Shown here piece by piece: positions 41,837 through 57,084 of a stretch of 64,000 nucleotides of DNA. The DNA is from Lama guanicoe (lineage: Eukaryota). How positions within the stretch are numbered: position 1 is the stretch's first letter; every line of letters starts with the position of its first letter. A program made the translations under genes and the position numbers. The DNA lies in assembly GCA_013239625.1 (NCBI GenBank), contig MU053561.1, positions 5,320,439 to 5,384,438 on the forward strand, written 5' to 3'. The notes beneath the pieces were generated by a model that saw only the letters and a program-made list of their open reading frames with translations, searched no databases and was not told the origin of the DNA.

Positions 41837-44048
41837 CTGGACAGGGAACATTCACGGAAACAACATCAAGTTCTGCTCTGTCAGTCCTGGAGCACTCAGC
41901 TCAGCTGAATGACTCTCTTTCATCTGTAAGTATTTCACTTGTGCACTGCTATCATGCTGGAGTTGAGGAGGAGTGGACGATGGTAGCCTTTACTCCATGT
42001 AAGTTTATGTGACCACAGTAAGCAGGATCTGAGCCTCTTGAAATCAAGAATCAAATTCTAAGTTTTCAACCAAAGGTGAAGTGGTGGAAGAGGTGAAGAC
42101 TCTGACGAACGTGACACCATGGAGCTACCTCTGATCCACCTGCGAAGGGTCCTTCCCGACATGAGCTGAATCTTCTGAAACCTGGGCAGGTGGTGCCTCA
42201 TCTTTGAAGCCTTTCCTGGCCTCCAGGGAGAACCGCCCACTCCCTCCTTTGTGTTGCCACTACACCCTATACTTAGACGCAGCATTAGGTAAAGGGAGTA
42301 TTTATAGGTTAAATCTCTTAGAAGATTCAGCTTGGAGCACATACTATTCTGAATACTCATTTAAAACCAATAACTGGCTTACACTTAATGACTTTAGTGT
42401 ACAGTGATTTCCCTAGAAAACAAAAACTAGGGTGCAGAATAAGATACTTCAGTACCATTCTATTTACTAGAAATGTCTGCAGTTATTTTAAAAGAGATAG
42501 GAAAAATATGAATGGGTCAAGTATAACTTTTACAGAGGACCTGATTAAAGATAATGATGGTAATGATTTTAAAGTATATTCTGGATTTTAAACTATATTT
42601 CAGGGTGACAAGCAACTGGAGGGTCTTGGCTTTCAAACGGAAAAACTGAACAATGGACAATTACTGAAATTCCAAAAAGCATGTTTATAAGAGCTTACTA
42701 AACCAATCCAGAAGGAACAGAAGAGGATGCAACAATTACTTAACAAAGGTTGGTAGGACAACTCTGTATCCAGAGACGCAGCAGAGCACAGTGGCCGGGA
42801 AGGTGGGCTTAGGAGTCACTGTCATGCCTGTGGTTCACTCCTGGCTCGACCTTGGCCGAGCAGAGTGGTCTCACTTTCCTCTCTGTTAAATGGGGATAAT
42901 ATTAGCACCTACTTACCTCCTGGGGTTGTTGGGAGGATTTAATGAGATAAAAACATAATCATGATTATATATCAAGCAGAAATAAATGTTAGTTTTCAAA
43001 TGATCTATTTTCTGCTTTTCCAAAAAAAAGATTTAAAGTGTATCAGGATGAAGAAGATTTAACTGTAGTCTGCACCCCATTCTATACAATGCAAACATTT
43101 TCAAGTAAACTATGAAACAGAATGAGTTGTTGCATATTTATGGAAAAAAAATGGGAGTCTTACTCATGAAGAAATGGAGGGTATCACAAGATAGACGGAT
43201 TTAACATATAAAGTGGAAAAAAAACCTTAAAGAAACACCAGCCAAAGTTAAGATGGTAATAAATGTAATAGGATGGAGAAAAATAAAAATAATTAATAAA
43301 CCCCCTTAAACCCAGAATAAGTGAAACAAGAGTCAGTACCCAGATTTCATCTAGTAAGTGAAGAAAAATCATTTTTACAAGAAAACACATAATAAATTAG
43401 CACCAGATATAAAATCCTGCTGATAATTAGAGAAATGAAAATTAAAGGGGATATTGTTTGCAGCATGCTTCGGGTATATCTTGTAAAAAACATGGGGGTT
43501 ATAAGTAATTTCAGTCACATTCTTTGGCTTAAATTCACTGTCCAAACCTGCATATTATTCTTTTTGCACAACAAATAAATTGCAATAAAACTTGTAATTG
43601 AACAGATTTGCCACCAGGTGTCATTTTTGTTTAACTAAAACTAAATTAGGGCGAAAGTGAAGAAAGCCATGGTTTTAAGATTTATGGTAGAGAGGCCTTC
43701 GGGGAAAAGTTCTGAACTGGACTATACAAAGCTAAAGATAAAAAATGGCACCTTTGAGAGGGAAATATAAACATTCTTTTCAAAGTTTGTTACTTTAAAG
43801 AATTTAAATGTGACAAGAATTTTAAAATGGGGAATATATCTTTTGATAAGAATAAAAATTCAAAGTCAGAAAAAAGAAAAAAAAACCAAAACAAAATATT
43901 CAAGGTCACATTTTTTGTAGAATTGAAAAATAGAATATGGGGGACAGAAAAAATAAATGAAAGGGAGGGGAAAAAATGAGACTAGGAGAACCAAAGAAGT
44001 AGAAAGAAGGGACAGAGAAAAACTATGTTCTTTAAAAAGGTCACTTTT

Positions 44049-44544
44049 CTGGATAAAGAAAATGTGGTATATATATGCAATGGAGCACTTAAACTCAGCC
44101 ATAAAAAAGAATTTAAAAATGCCATCTGCAGTAACATGGATGGACCTAGAGATCATTCTAAGTGAAGTTAAGTCAGAAAGAAAAAGAAAAATACCATGTT
44201 ATCACTTACATGTGGAATCTAAAGAAAATGACACAAATGAACTTACTTATAAAACAGAAACAGACTCACAGACATAGAAAACAAACTTATGGTTACCGGG
44301 TGGGAAGGGATAAACTGGGAATTCGAGATTTGCAGATACTAACTACTATATATAAAACAGATAAACAAGTTTCTACTATATAGCACAGGGAACTATATTC
44401 ACTATCTTGCAGTAACCTATAATGAAAAAGGATATGAAAAGGAATATATGTGTGTATATCTATGACTAAAACATTATGCTGTACACAAGAAATTGACACA
44501 ACATTGTAAACTGACTATACTTCGATAAAAAAAACCCAAATAAA
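44049..44544 (+). mobile_element. 5'-truncated L1 3' end with A-tail and probable target-site duplication
   Basis: ggataaagaaaatgtggtata...tggatggacctagagatcattctaagtgaagt...actgactatacttcgataaaaaaaa; GTCACTTTT at 44040-44048 and 44545-44553. Confidence 0.85.
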
Positions 44545-47500
44545 GTCACTTTTTAAAGGCAATCTTGCAAGTTTTTAAAACAGCCACTAAAAAAGTATTA
44601 ATATTACAAAACAGTATTTCCAGCACATTGCTTACATTGTCTTACAACCCACTTAAGAACCTATAATGCCTCCCAGAGGAATTGCGTCTCAGCGACACAG
44701 GCTATGGCTGACGCGGAAAGCACACAAACTGGCTGAGGGACAACAAGCCTGGGTCCCCCTGTGACTGGGACTTAGTCTCCTGGAGCTGTAGTTTCAAATC
44801 TGTAAGTGGGGGTAGCGCCACCTGTCTCACAGCGTTTTTGTGAAACTAAAAGTAACACAAGTGAAAACACGTTGTCTGGAAGACAGCAGACTCGAATTAT
44901 TCTTTAAATCTGGTTTTGTTCTATGTTAAATATTTAAGTTTGACACTATTTCTGTAATAACTTTTTCAATTCAGTGGACTTCTCATTCCTTTAGCCCAGA
45001 ACCTTTTCTTCTCCTCTCTAAATCTTAATAGACTTTAAGGGCCAGCTGAAGACTCATTAAGTTTACAGATCCTTTCAACATCTTCCCATCTGTAGTAAAA
45101 GTTAGTATTTTCATGTTTTAGTGAATTACACTGTTACGCTGTTTGCTAATTCCTTCACACAGCCCAAGTCCTGTCTACCCAGTAATAAGTTCTGGGAGTT
45201 AACCTTAAATATTAAAAAAAAATCCATTCTCTCATTATGTAGAAATATTAACCATGCCTTCTGTTCTTTCAACAAATCTCTACGGAGCAGCTACTATTAG
45301 TAGTCAAGGCACTGTCTCAGGTGCTGAAGATACTGGACTAATCGGTACAAAGTCAGGTTGTCAGCCTAACAGAAAAAACAAGGGAGAAGAGAGAGGCAGG
45401 AGGGGAAGGCAGAGAGGATGCTCAGGTGGCTCCAGGTGCAGGTCTGAGCTGGAGTTAAGCACTCATCTTTTTGGGCAGCGCCTGCCGCAGTGAGTTGTCT
45501 GTCATTAACGACAAAGCTCCCATGATCCTTACACCAGGTCAAGATTTTGATAACTGAGTAGCCAGAAAAATAATTCTCTCTGAAAAGCTGATTTGTTTTC
45601 TTAAGAGTTTAAAACAAACCTGGGAATAGCAGTAATAGCTAATTTTTTTTTTAAATTTCAGCGAGTTTTTTCCCCCCAAATTAAAACTGATTTAATCTCA
45701 GAATTCATTTATAAAGAATAACATGTTTTAGAAACAGACTTTGAATCCCTTGAGGCCTCTTTCTTTGCCTTTGGTGAGATTAGTGCATCTGGAGGTTATA
45801 TTTAAAAAGAACATTTCAATTATATCCTAGTTTTTGGTTTAATTGGATTTTTTGATACAAAATACAATAGATTTAAAAAAAACTTCCATATTTAAACTAC
45901 TTAAACAGCTTCAAAAAAAAAAATGGTGGGGAGTGGAGGAGAAAAAGGACCAAGAAAACCAGAAATAAGTATGACATCCTGTAAACAGTGCCTCAAACTG
46001 CTCTTAGTAGAACTTTGAGAAGTTTACTTGGGCCGTGTATTTTACATAAGGTTTTATGTTTTGCAGGTGAGGAAGCTGAGGTCTGGAGAAGTCACCCAGC
46101 TGTACACAGCTGCAAGGTGGCAGAACCAGAGCTGGATCCCTCTCCCCTCAGATTTCCACACCCACGTTCTTCCTGCCTTATTAATCCGTCTCTACCGGAA
46201 AGTGAACGGAGGGAGGCAAAGCCAGCAGATCTCGATCAGCTGCAGCCCTGCTCCCGGACTCTGGCCATCAGCCCTTCTCCCTGCCGTCAAGGCTCCCCAG
46301 TTCAGGTCTGCTGCTCCATATTCTCACCCTCCCCATTTTCCCTCCTGTCCCTGATCCACTCATTACAGGCCTTCTCCAGAGTCTGGCCCCTGCCCACATC
46401 TCTAAATCTTCTCCTTTAGTGATCTCATCCACAGCAAAAGCTTCAGCCATTGCCTCTGCCTGAGTAATGCCATCATCTGGGACTTTACCTCTAATGGCCC
46501 GCTCAGTATTTACACCTGCTCCAACCAGCTGGTCCATCAACATGACTAAAAGTACATTATCAGTCTTTGCCCAATCCTTTCTCCTCCTGGCCTCCCCAAC
46601 GTTTTTTTCATAGTACAGGCAGGGTGAAGCCTCTAAGCCACCCTTTGTTCCTTTCCTTCATCCTTCACTCATTTAACAAGTACTCTAAGCTGGTCTTTTC
46701 CTCATTAACAGCTGATCCGATACATATCACTTATCTTCTCCCAGAGCATTACCATTCAAGTTCTACTCCCACCACTAGGACTGGACGCTTAAAACTATAG
46801 CCAGCCCTGTTCCCTCATTCACCCTACACGCCAGGAGACTCATTTTATCAGTGTATTGCTCCGAGGGGAACTCTTGGCTCAAAAGTCTTCTGTGACTTCC
46901 CACTGTCTTGGACCTACATTTGGTGACCCATCCTACATTTATATTCTCATCCTTTTCTCCTCCCCTCTGTACTTTCTAATAGCCTCTAGGTAAACTTGAC
47001 CACTTGCAGTTCCCTATATATGACCTATACTTCCTCAGTTTTACCCTTTGCTTATTTCTTCAGCCTGGAATGTTTTCTTTCCTTAATCTCCCCCTGTGGA
47101 AAGCCTATCCACCGTCCAATGCCACCTATTCTATGAAGTCTTCTCCATTCACATGCAGCTTCTTGGAGCTTGTACACAAGTCTAGTCATTTAGAGAAAGG
47201 ATGGTATCTTGTTTTGGTGTCATTCTTTCTCCCAGCTCATTCAGTGCCATGTATAAATCCTTGGGTAAAGTGAACAAACACTCAATATATCTTTATGAAA
47301 TGAGAGATGGGAGTGGAGCAGTGATGGGGAAAAGTCAAAACTACAGTCACTCAGATTTTTCTAATTATCATTAGAATATACCATCTAGTAATTTGCCAGG
47401 GCCATTTGCCTTTCTAATTAGTTTACTTAGTTAAAAGGAAAAGGGAAAAAAGAAAACAAAACAGAGAAGAAAAAGAAAAACTTCTCTTTCCCTGATCCCT

Positions 47501-48125
47501 GTTGGTGGCAGAGGGAGGAAACAGAAAGTCTTCCTGAGTAAGTAGGGGAGGTCGTCCAGATTTGAAAATTTTTAGTGTATAAACTAACTGAATACCAGTG
47601 ATTTAACTATTTTTAAAAATTGAAGCCAGCAAATAAATCTTCTACCCAGAGAAGGAGGAAAATACCTCATGCAGGTCCGTAAACAATCCGGCCTGCAACG
47701 CCCTGTGCAGTTTCAGGGTTGAGAACACTTATGCTGGGACATTACTGATGCGAATGCTAGTCCTGCAACTCGGGAGGGTCATGTTCTTCCATCGTTGGCT
47801 ATCTCGAGGAATAGCTAAGAGGAAAAAAATTCCCAGGCTTCTTGTTTCTTGGAAGAAGCTGGAAGATTCTGTTTCACCCTGGTTTTTCCAAGACTTCTAA
47901 TAAGATGAAGGTGTATTGTACTTATTAATCTGTTTACCCTTAAATGTGGATTATGCACATAAAAATGATTTTTCTGACCACAGTTGAGACCGCAAAGGCA
48001 GCACGACGGCCACGCACGCAGCAGCCCGGGAGGAGGAAGTGAGACCAGGACAAGCCTCTGCCTCTCAGGTCTCAGCGGCGGAAAGTCCTGCTTCACAGCT
48101 TCAGCAGGTTTCCGCACTCCCTTTA

Positions 48126-48545
<420 letters not shown>

Positions 48546-48905
48546 TTACTCATTGGTCAATGTGCCACCAAACAATCAGAACAGAATTTTGGAAAGTGCT
48601 TCCCTTAAGTAGTCTCTGACTAATTTTCCTGAAAAAAGGAAAAAGCAAAAACCAAAACAAAACCCCAAATCCTACTTTGATCCTACTAAACCACTGCTAT
48701 TTCTATGTACTTAACTAAAGGTTCACATTTCTCCAATAGAGGGCAAACTTTTCTTTCACTCTATACATTCTCTCATGGACCCTAACAGAATGCCAAACAC
48801 AGAATAGGTTCTTAGGAATGATGAATTTTGGGAACAAACACATCTAAACTGATCTGCAATACAGATTCCTCAGTGCCCACGCCCGGGGGGGTGGTCTCTG
48901 TTCAC

Positions 48906-49032
48906 CTGACTGTGCCGAGTGCCTATGACCGAGATCGTCGCCGTGTCAGGCTGCGCGAGGTGCTTATGGTCAGACCACGAGTGTCTGTATGAAATGGAGA
49001 CTTCTTTTCCAGCTTCACCCTCTGTGGCATTT
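48906..49032 (-). CDS. MAGI3: MAGI3 linker exon: [43 protein letters not shown]
   Basis: ttctctctcctgtag acceptor, CAG|gtgaac donor; 127 nt. Confidence 0.92.
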
Positions 49033-49801
49033 CTACAGGAGAGAGAAATCAAGTCACCCTCTGAACTGAGAAAATGGAAAAGAGTCTACAAGTAAAGGCA
49101 GATCAATTTCTTTTCTTTTAAATGCTCAACCTTGCCCGTCTCGGGCTGACAAACTGCTATAAAGACAGATTGTATCTAGAAGCAGAGAGATGCCAGGCAA
49201 AACCCCGGCCATTAACTCCAGCTTTGCTTAAAGTCTGTCAACACCCCCATGTTTTCTGTTCGTCTTGTTTTTGTTTTAAGGGCGTCTCGCTGCAGTTTAC
49301 ATCAAGGAAAACTGCACTCAAGTCACTGAACCAGAGGGCAGATAAGCTGACCTTGTCAAAATGAAGAATGGCTCTCCTGTGGCACCAATGGCCGTGAAGA
49401 TGCTGAATTTCTGGAAATTTGGTTTTTGTTTCACGGCTAATATTTTCAACAAAAGAGGAAAGAAACATGTGGAAATACTGCTCTGCTCAGGTAGTCTGGG
49501 AAGACAGCAGTCCACGGGGGTCCGTCGGGGACTTTCCTCCCCAAACTATGAGGACCAAGAGGAGCAGAGCAGGTGCAGCTGTCACTTCTACCTAATCCCC
49601 TCTTGTCAGTGTGACTGGTGGTCCCGCTGCGCCTGGGGTAGGGGCTGGGAAGAGGGAAGGAGGGATGGAGGGAGTGGAGGTCTCACTTCGACCTTCCCAG
49701 CTGGCTTCCGCACAACTGTGTAGAGACGGGTGGGGGCGGGCGATGAAAAGTAGGGGAGACCAGGAGAGAAAGAAATCAAAACCTGAAAAGAGCAGTCCCA
49801 C

Positions 49802-49904
49802 CTGTCCCCAGGTATGTGGTTGGCCTGTGACTGTCCCATGGGCCTGTGCTGCAGAGCTGGGCTTTGCCTGGCTGAGTTTGTTCCTGATGGTGGACCAAGA
49901 TGCT
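49802..49904 (-). CDS. MAGI3: MAGI3 linker exon: [34 protein letters not shown]
   Basis: ctcatttgaacag acceptor, AG|gtggga donor; 103 nt, phase-consistent. Confidence 0.92.
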
Positions 49905-50714
49905 CTGTTCAAATGAGAAAACAACAGAAATAAGAATCTTTACATAAAAATGTGAAGGATCAAGTGGATCTACGAAAGTGAGGCAGCAACAAGTGGTTAC
50001 TGCTTTCCTAATGGTAGCGACTTTACATGAACAGCACTGTTGTCAGCCACCTGCAACTGGAACATTAGCATCTTTCTCCCCGTGGCTTTTGATTAGTGTT
50101 TGTGTTTGAAGAGAACAGGAGTCATTCTTATTGCACACACTTTCCCTCTTTCACCTTTGGTTTGGTCGTCCACACAACACAAAAATCGGAAATGAACATA
50201 CTCCGTAATATTGTCTAGAGGACTGAGCTCTGGGAACTGCCTTGTTTCCAGAGTGTACCCCCAATCACTGGCAAACCACCAAGATGACAAGGATAGGCCT
50301 CAGGACACTGGAACACAGAGGCCAGTCCGTAAACTACACACATATCTTCAACCTGCATCTTTAATATAGGAGTAGTTATTTTACCTAATTCTAGTATCAA
50401 AGACAAACTTGTCAAATCATCCTGAGTGTTAACAAATGTTTATGAAGAGTTTACTGTTTCTGTTTTCTAAGAGCACAAATACAGCTGAAAAAGGAACATC
50501 TGTTTCTGCATCACTCCCAGCAGCTCCAGAGCTGCGGCTGTTCCCTGAGGGTGGATTTCATAACTAAGCATGGAAACTGCTCGGGCCGAGAACTGGATGC
50601 CAATTCATGGGAGATGATGGTTAAAAGATACTCATATTTTTAAAGCTGAAACTTTCTAATGTTTTATGCTGCCTAAATTTTCAGACACAGGATAGTTAAA
50701 ATATCAGAGAGAGA

Positions 50715-50910
50715 GAGAGAGCATAGCATAATGATTAAGACCGTGAACTCCTGAACAAGCTGGCAGGGTTTAAGTCTGACCCCATCACTTACTAGCTGTG
50801 TGTTCTTGAACAAATTACTTAAATATCCTGTGCCTCTAATCATCTCATCTATGAAAAGGGAATTACAGCTACCTCGTGGGTTACTGTATGAAGTGAGGAT
50901 ATAAATGTAC
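50715..50910 (+). mobile_element. MIR SINE
   Basis: cacttactagctgtgtgttcttgaacaaattacttaaatatcctgtgcctc. Confidence 0.75.
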
Positions 50911-52699
50911 ATGCTGGAATATCATATTTACTATATCAATGTTTCTGTTAAAATGATCACAATGATTATCATCACCATAATCATCAAAATGATAGTCATT
51001 TGGGGCTATATTTCTCTTAAAATGTACATTCTGAAATATTTACCTTACTTAGCAAAAATGATTCACGTAGAGGCCATTTTTAGGTTAGAACATGTGGAAA
51101 CTGATACAAACTGAATCTCAGAGTAGAATGAAAACAGAGAAAGACTGATGTGAAAGACAAGGGATATGAATGTTTAAGGAAGGAACTTCTCTTGAGAAAG
51201 CTGGGACTTCAGGGTCACTAAATGCATCGCTGTTTTATGGCTTGGATTAAGTTGTTTCTCTTCAAAGTTCTTGGGACTGAAAACAGATGAATAATTTTTC
51301 CTTAAGAACTTCTGGAACTGAAAGCTGGGAAGTACTCTGAAAAAGCAGACATCTGTCTAAGTGGCAGGAGGGGAGTAATGAGATGCGGCTAAGCTGTGGC
51401 AGCCCCGTGAGGCCCTCTGATGCTCTGACTCTGCCCACCTGGCTCGTGTGTCTACGTGGATTTCAACAACGTGTACCAGATGGAGAGATGTAGCACCAAC
51501 CTTTGCAGAATTTATCCAGAGAGTTGTCTTTCCTTTTTAAAGCCAAATGTTCCAGGAAGGGAGAATGGAGCATGAACTTTTTTCATTTTTATTTTTGGTG
51601 GGGTGGGGGGAACCAGGAAATTTGTTTGTTGCTCTTTTATTACTATCATGAATTTAATTTTCCTAACTAGCTTAACAAGTTACTTATGTTGGCCTCCTCC
51701 TCGCTGGCCTCCTTGTCACCAATCTCATCTTTATTTTCTTTCCTGGATTCCAGTCCTAGAACATAAATTGGACATGCCACCGCCTTATTTAGAAACCCAT
51801 GGTTACTTCTATTGCTCATAAGATGCTATTCACACTTGTCACCTGGCACTCCTGGCTTCCCACTTCAGCTCCTCTGTGAAATCTTACCTGGCTCCTTAAG
51901 CACACTATTTTCATAGCACTTACCACACTGTCTCAGAGCTGGGTGAATACCTGTCTCTACTGCTAGATTGTAAACTCCTTGATGGCAGGAGCCATGCCTC
52001 ATTTATATCCCTGTGCCTACCAGAAATTCCACAAGTCCTTCCACCTTTGCTTATGAGTATGCCAATTTCTAAGTGCCCGCCATTATAGAGCTGAATTCTC
52101 TTCTGTCATTGTAAATTCTTGGTACTATTAAGGGAATGGAAACTGGTGGGAAAAATTACGTTTATCAACAAGATGACTGGGAGGTACTTGTAACTTTGTA
52201 TTAGTCTAATTTGGATAATTTTCTGTGCTTCACTAGTTTGGCTAAAGCAATGGGTCTATAACTTCAGAGCAGGAAAGTGTAAATAAGCTGATCAGTTTCA
52301 AGTTTTCTGCTACGCTCCCCGAAGGATGAGAGGTGTCGCTGCCAGGCAAAAGCACCACAGGCTGGTGCTTACTCTTCCAGTCACACGTTCTTATGTTATC
52401 CTCGTCAGGGTTAAAGAAACTTTCTACCATTGGTATTTTTTTCCTGTTTAGTCCTTCCACCCACATAGCATGGCTTCTCCAATTGTGTTAAAAGCTGTTT
52501 TACTTCTCAAAGTTATATATTTATTGCATGATGTCAAACAGGGCTATGTTCTAGTAAAGCAAAGGGTTAAGTGTATCTTTCTGTTAATGAGAATTAAACT
52601 TCTGCTGGAGTTTCTGTATGTAACTACTTAAGAGAAAGTGTATTATCAGCGGAAGAACACAAAACCCCATGGTTAAACTATAGCCACAAACATTATAAT

Positions 52700-55330
52700 A
52701 CATTGGGAATCATCTGTACTAAGAATAAATAAGAACCTTGTGAAAGAACTTTCTAAGACTCTTTTGAAGAGATGATCCAAATAACTGAGAGATATCCTAT
52801 GCTCTTAGGTAGGATGACTTTAAATATTTAAAGGTGTACATTTTCCCAAAGTTAATATATTTTCAATGTTTCCAATAAGAATTGCAATTAGATTTTTTAG
52901 AGGAGCTTAACAAGTTGCTCTAAAATTTTGTATGGAAAAGTGTCACGAATATCTAGTTGACCTGCGGAGCACTTAGAGAAAGACTGGCCTTAACTGACAG
53001 ATATTAGGAGATAACACAAAGTTACTGAGTTTTTAAAAAGTGTGTATGAATATACATATGTATACACACACTCTTAGAAATTCTATTTATACATATTAAA
53101 ATTATATATACACTATATATACATATAGATAAGAACAGATAAACCAATAGAATAAAATTGAGAGCTTGGAGATTCATGTTTAAAGGGGAAGTTAATATAC
53201 AGAATAGATGGCTCCACAAATCAGTGAGAAAAGAAGGACTGTCCAATAGCTGGTCCTAGAAAAACTGACTCACTATAAGAATAAAAAATAAAACTAGATC
53301 CCTCCTAGAACTATATATAAAGGTAGGGTCCAGATAGTTTTCTAATTTTGCATTCAGGTCTTTAATCTAACAGATGATAATGTAAGGGAAAATCTCCATG
53401 ACATGGGGTAGCGAAGGAAAACTTAAGTAAAACTTAAAAAGTACAAGCCACAGGTAAAAACTGACTACTTTGGTGACATCTGAATTAAGAATCTCTGTAT
53501 AATGAAGGGCACCTTAGTCAAAGTTAACATATAGATGACATGAAAAGATATTTGTACTTTTTAAAAAACTAAATTGATAAATGTCTATGTAATTCACAAG
53601 GAATCTCTAAATATCAACAAGAAAAAGACAGCAATACCTCAAGAAAAATGAGTAAAGGATATGAAGAGGCAATTCACAAGAAGAAAAGAAAACCCCAAAA
53701 TAAGCACCTAAATAGATGCTCAAATTCATGGGTAAACAGAGAAACGTAAGTTAAGTCCCAATGAGACAACGCTTTCCATACTGCAGACTAGCCAATTCGA
53801 AAGGTGGATGATGCCAAGTAATGGCGAGGATGTAAAGATAAGGACACTTCAGTGTTCTGTTGGTGGGAGCGTAGATGGTTGCAGCAATTATGGAGGACAA
53901 TCTGACAGTATTTGGTTAAGTTAAGCAATTCATCTGAACAAGCAGTTTCCCTCCAATGAATTCTCACACTGTTTTAGAAGGTACATACATGAGGGTATAT
54001 CAGGTAGCTGGTGATAATGTGGAGTTGGAGGTAGTGTGGCTGTCTGTGGGGGAGGGGACAGGCAATATTTGGAAAATATAGTGTGGAAAACCATCTAGCA
54101 GTTAAAAGCCATCGATTATGTTCACCCAGCAACATGGATAAATCCTGAAGGCACATGATGCTATGATACAAAAAGCACAAGCAACCAAAGAGGGATGAAT
54201 TAGACATCAACGACAGTAACCTTCTGTGCATCAGAGGACAGCATCAAGAAAATGAAGAGACAACTTGCAAAATGGGAGAGGAGACTTGCAAAACACATAC
54301 CTGATAAGGATCTAACATCAGAATGTACAAAGAAGTCTTATAATTCAACAATAAAAAAGACAGCCCAATTCAAAAGCAAGCAAAGGTTTTGAATAAACAT
54401 TTTTCCAAAGAAGAGATGCAAATGGCCAACAGCAACATCATTAGTCATCAGGGAAATAGAAATCAAAACCACAGTGATATACCATTTCACACTCACTAGA
54501 ATGGCTAAAATTACAAAACAAAACAAAACGAAAACCTACAACAGAAAATAAATGGTGAGGATGTGGAGAAATTAGAAGCCTCATACATTACTGGTGGGAA
54601 TATCAAACAATGCTGCTGCCGTGGAAAACTGTCTGGTAGTTCCTCACAAAGTTAAACATGAGTTGCCATATGACCCCACAATTCCACTCCTGGGTATATA
54701 GCTAAGAAAAATGAAAACATACATCTGTACAAAAACCTGTACACCACTGTTCATAGCAGCATTATTCACATAGTAAAAAAAAAGAGAAATAAATCACCAA
54801 GGTGTCTATCAAATGATGAATGAATAGATAAGCAAAATGTATATACACACATAATGGGATATTATTCATTAGTCATAAAAAGGACAAGCTACAACATGGA
54901 TGAACCTTGAAAACATTCTGCCAAGTGAAAGAAGCCAGACACAAAAGGCCATATATTATATAATATCATTTATATACCATGAAATATCTAGCAAACCATA
55001 GAGACAGAAAGTAGAGTAGTGGTCTTGAAAATGTTCTGGAATTGGTGGTGATGGTTGCACAACCTTGTGAAGATACTCATTACCACTGAATTGTATACTT
55101 TAAAATGATGAATTTTAGAGTACATGAATTATGCCTCAATTAAAAAGAAAAAAGATACAGCAACTAAATGCCATGTAAGATCCTGGACTGGATCTTGGGA
55201 CAATAAAATGACATTCAAAAAAAAAAAAGCATACGGTTCTGAGAGAAAAAGCAGCATAAAACCTGTAACACAATAACACCATTTATGTAACTCAAACATA
55301 AATGCCCACACACACCACACACAAATATGT
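52700..55330 (+). mobile_element. cluster of old L1 ORF2/3' fragments, with an L1MB-like copy at ~54170-55153 nested in an older L1M
   Basis: cattagtcatcagggaaatagaaatcaaaaccacagtgatataccatttcac, ggatgaaccttgaaaacattctgccaagtgaaagaagccagacac, A-tail at ~55141-55153. Confidence 0.8.
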
Positions 55331-57084
55331 ATGTTAAAAGACATAACTAAAAAGAGGCAGATAAAACACACTGGCATAACTGCCAGGGGCAGTAGTAAGA
55401 GAAATGAGAGTGGAAAACGGAGACAAATGAGAATAAACAGATAAATAAATGGAAAGCAAAACAAAACAAAAGAATGGTTCTGGCAGCGTTGCCATCACTA
55501 ACACAGCCCTTCGCAGCCTTTGGGAACTTGGGTTCACTCTTAAAAATGAAATGAACAAGACCTGATGCAACATTAGAAATTGATTCCAAAAAAACAGTAC
55601 AGTTTAAAGATTTCTTTATAATAAGCAAGAAGAAGCGGGCTTAATCAGTTTATGCTCCAGACTTGAGAACAAGCCAGCACGGTGGAAGAGGTGGCGGTGC
55701 TGCCAGGATGCCACCAGACAGGGTCCCGAGTCACGAATATGTTTGAGAGTTTTGTACCACACATGACACTTGCCTTGGGAACTTGGTTAACCATTTCCTT
55801 GGCAAAATAAGCACAAATATTAAATAGTTTCTAGCAAAAGGGGGAAAGGAAGAGGACGGGAACAAGTTTTCTTTTTCCAGGTAACCGTCTCGTATGTGTT
55901 AATAGTGAGTGGCTTGTGGAGAGTCGGGAAGCAGTATCACATGGGAAGGAACGCAGCTCTGGGGAATCGATCTGAATGTGTGATTTCTGAAAACAGCTGT
56001 AGAGCTATAAATAATCACTTGCTTCTTTGGTGTAGTTGATAGATTTTATACGAATACAATGAAAACCCTGGAAGACTTAAAAACTACATGAATGGGATTT
56101 TATGGACAGAAATTTCTTCCAAAATCTGTCCATTTCTTACCTGAAAACACTAAGCGATTCTGGATGTTCCCACAGCTTAATAAAACTTAGAGTATAATAA
56201 GGTGTAATCACTGAAATGTGCTTTTACATGTCAAATGTAATTGTATTTTAAGAGGCTGCACCTACATATGAAGCCCACTTTAAAGCATGGGTCTGCTAGG
56301 GAGTTTCCTTCCATCCTTCCACTTTTCCTAAACACTGCCTGGCATTACGTAGGAAATCTTGAGACCGTCAACAAGACAGGTCTAGAAGTATTTGGGCCAG
56401 AATGTGTCAAACTTAATTTTTTATTCCAGGAAAAATGACTGAGCAACTTTGGACAAGATTTCACAGAAAACACCATCAACAATAAAGGGTAATTTGGGGA
56501 AAAAAATGTACTAATACAATTCAGCAGTAGAAAGACCACTTCTTTGTTTGTCTCAAGGCTCCTCAGCGTGCAGTCTGTCGGTCAGTCAGCAGTAAGATGC
56601 GTACTTATACTGAGAGGAATAATTTAGAAAATTTTATGATGATTTAACAGAATAATTTTCTTTGTTTTTTTCACTTAACTTTTTATTCTATTTCACAAAA
56701 ATGCTGGTCTGTGATGGACTAGGAAAAAAACACTGATGCTTACAGATGGTTTGAGAAGCACTGATCTATACTATTGCTAGTTCCACTGCTTCCAGCAGCT
56801 TCTATCACTAGGGTAGAACTGTTAGCTCTAAAACTGAAGGTTAGAAATGTTGAGTGGCTTGTTCAAGGTCAGACAACTAATCGGTGCCAAGCACGGTGAC
56901 ACAAGTGCACTACGTACATCATTCTCAGAACAACCCTGAAGTGTTATTTCCTGTGGCACTGAGTGAGGCCTGCTTTTTTGTGGGTCACAGAACAAGTTTA
57001 AGGTTAAAAAGCAGGCTATAGAGATCCTGGTAAAGAAACTGAGGTAACGAAATCTGAGCAAAATACATGAAGTAACAATGAGCC

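Noticed and set aside
45988..46419. 143-aa ORF on + and overlapping ORFs
   Set aside because: Overlap MIR/L2-like intronic sequence antisense to MAGI3; no recognisable domain.
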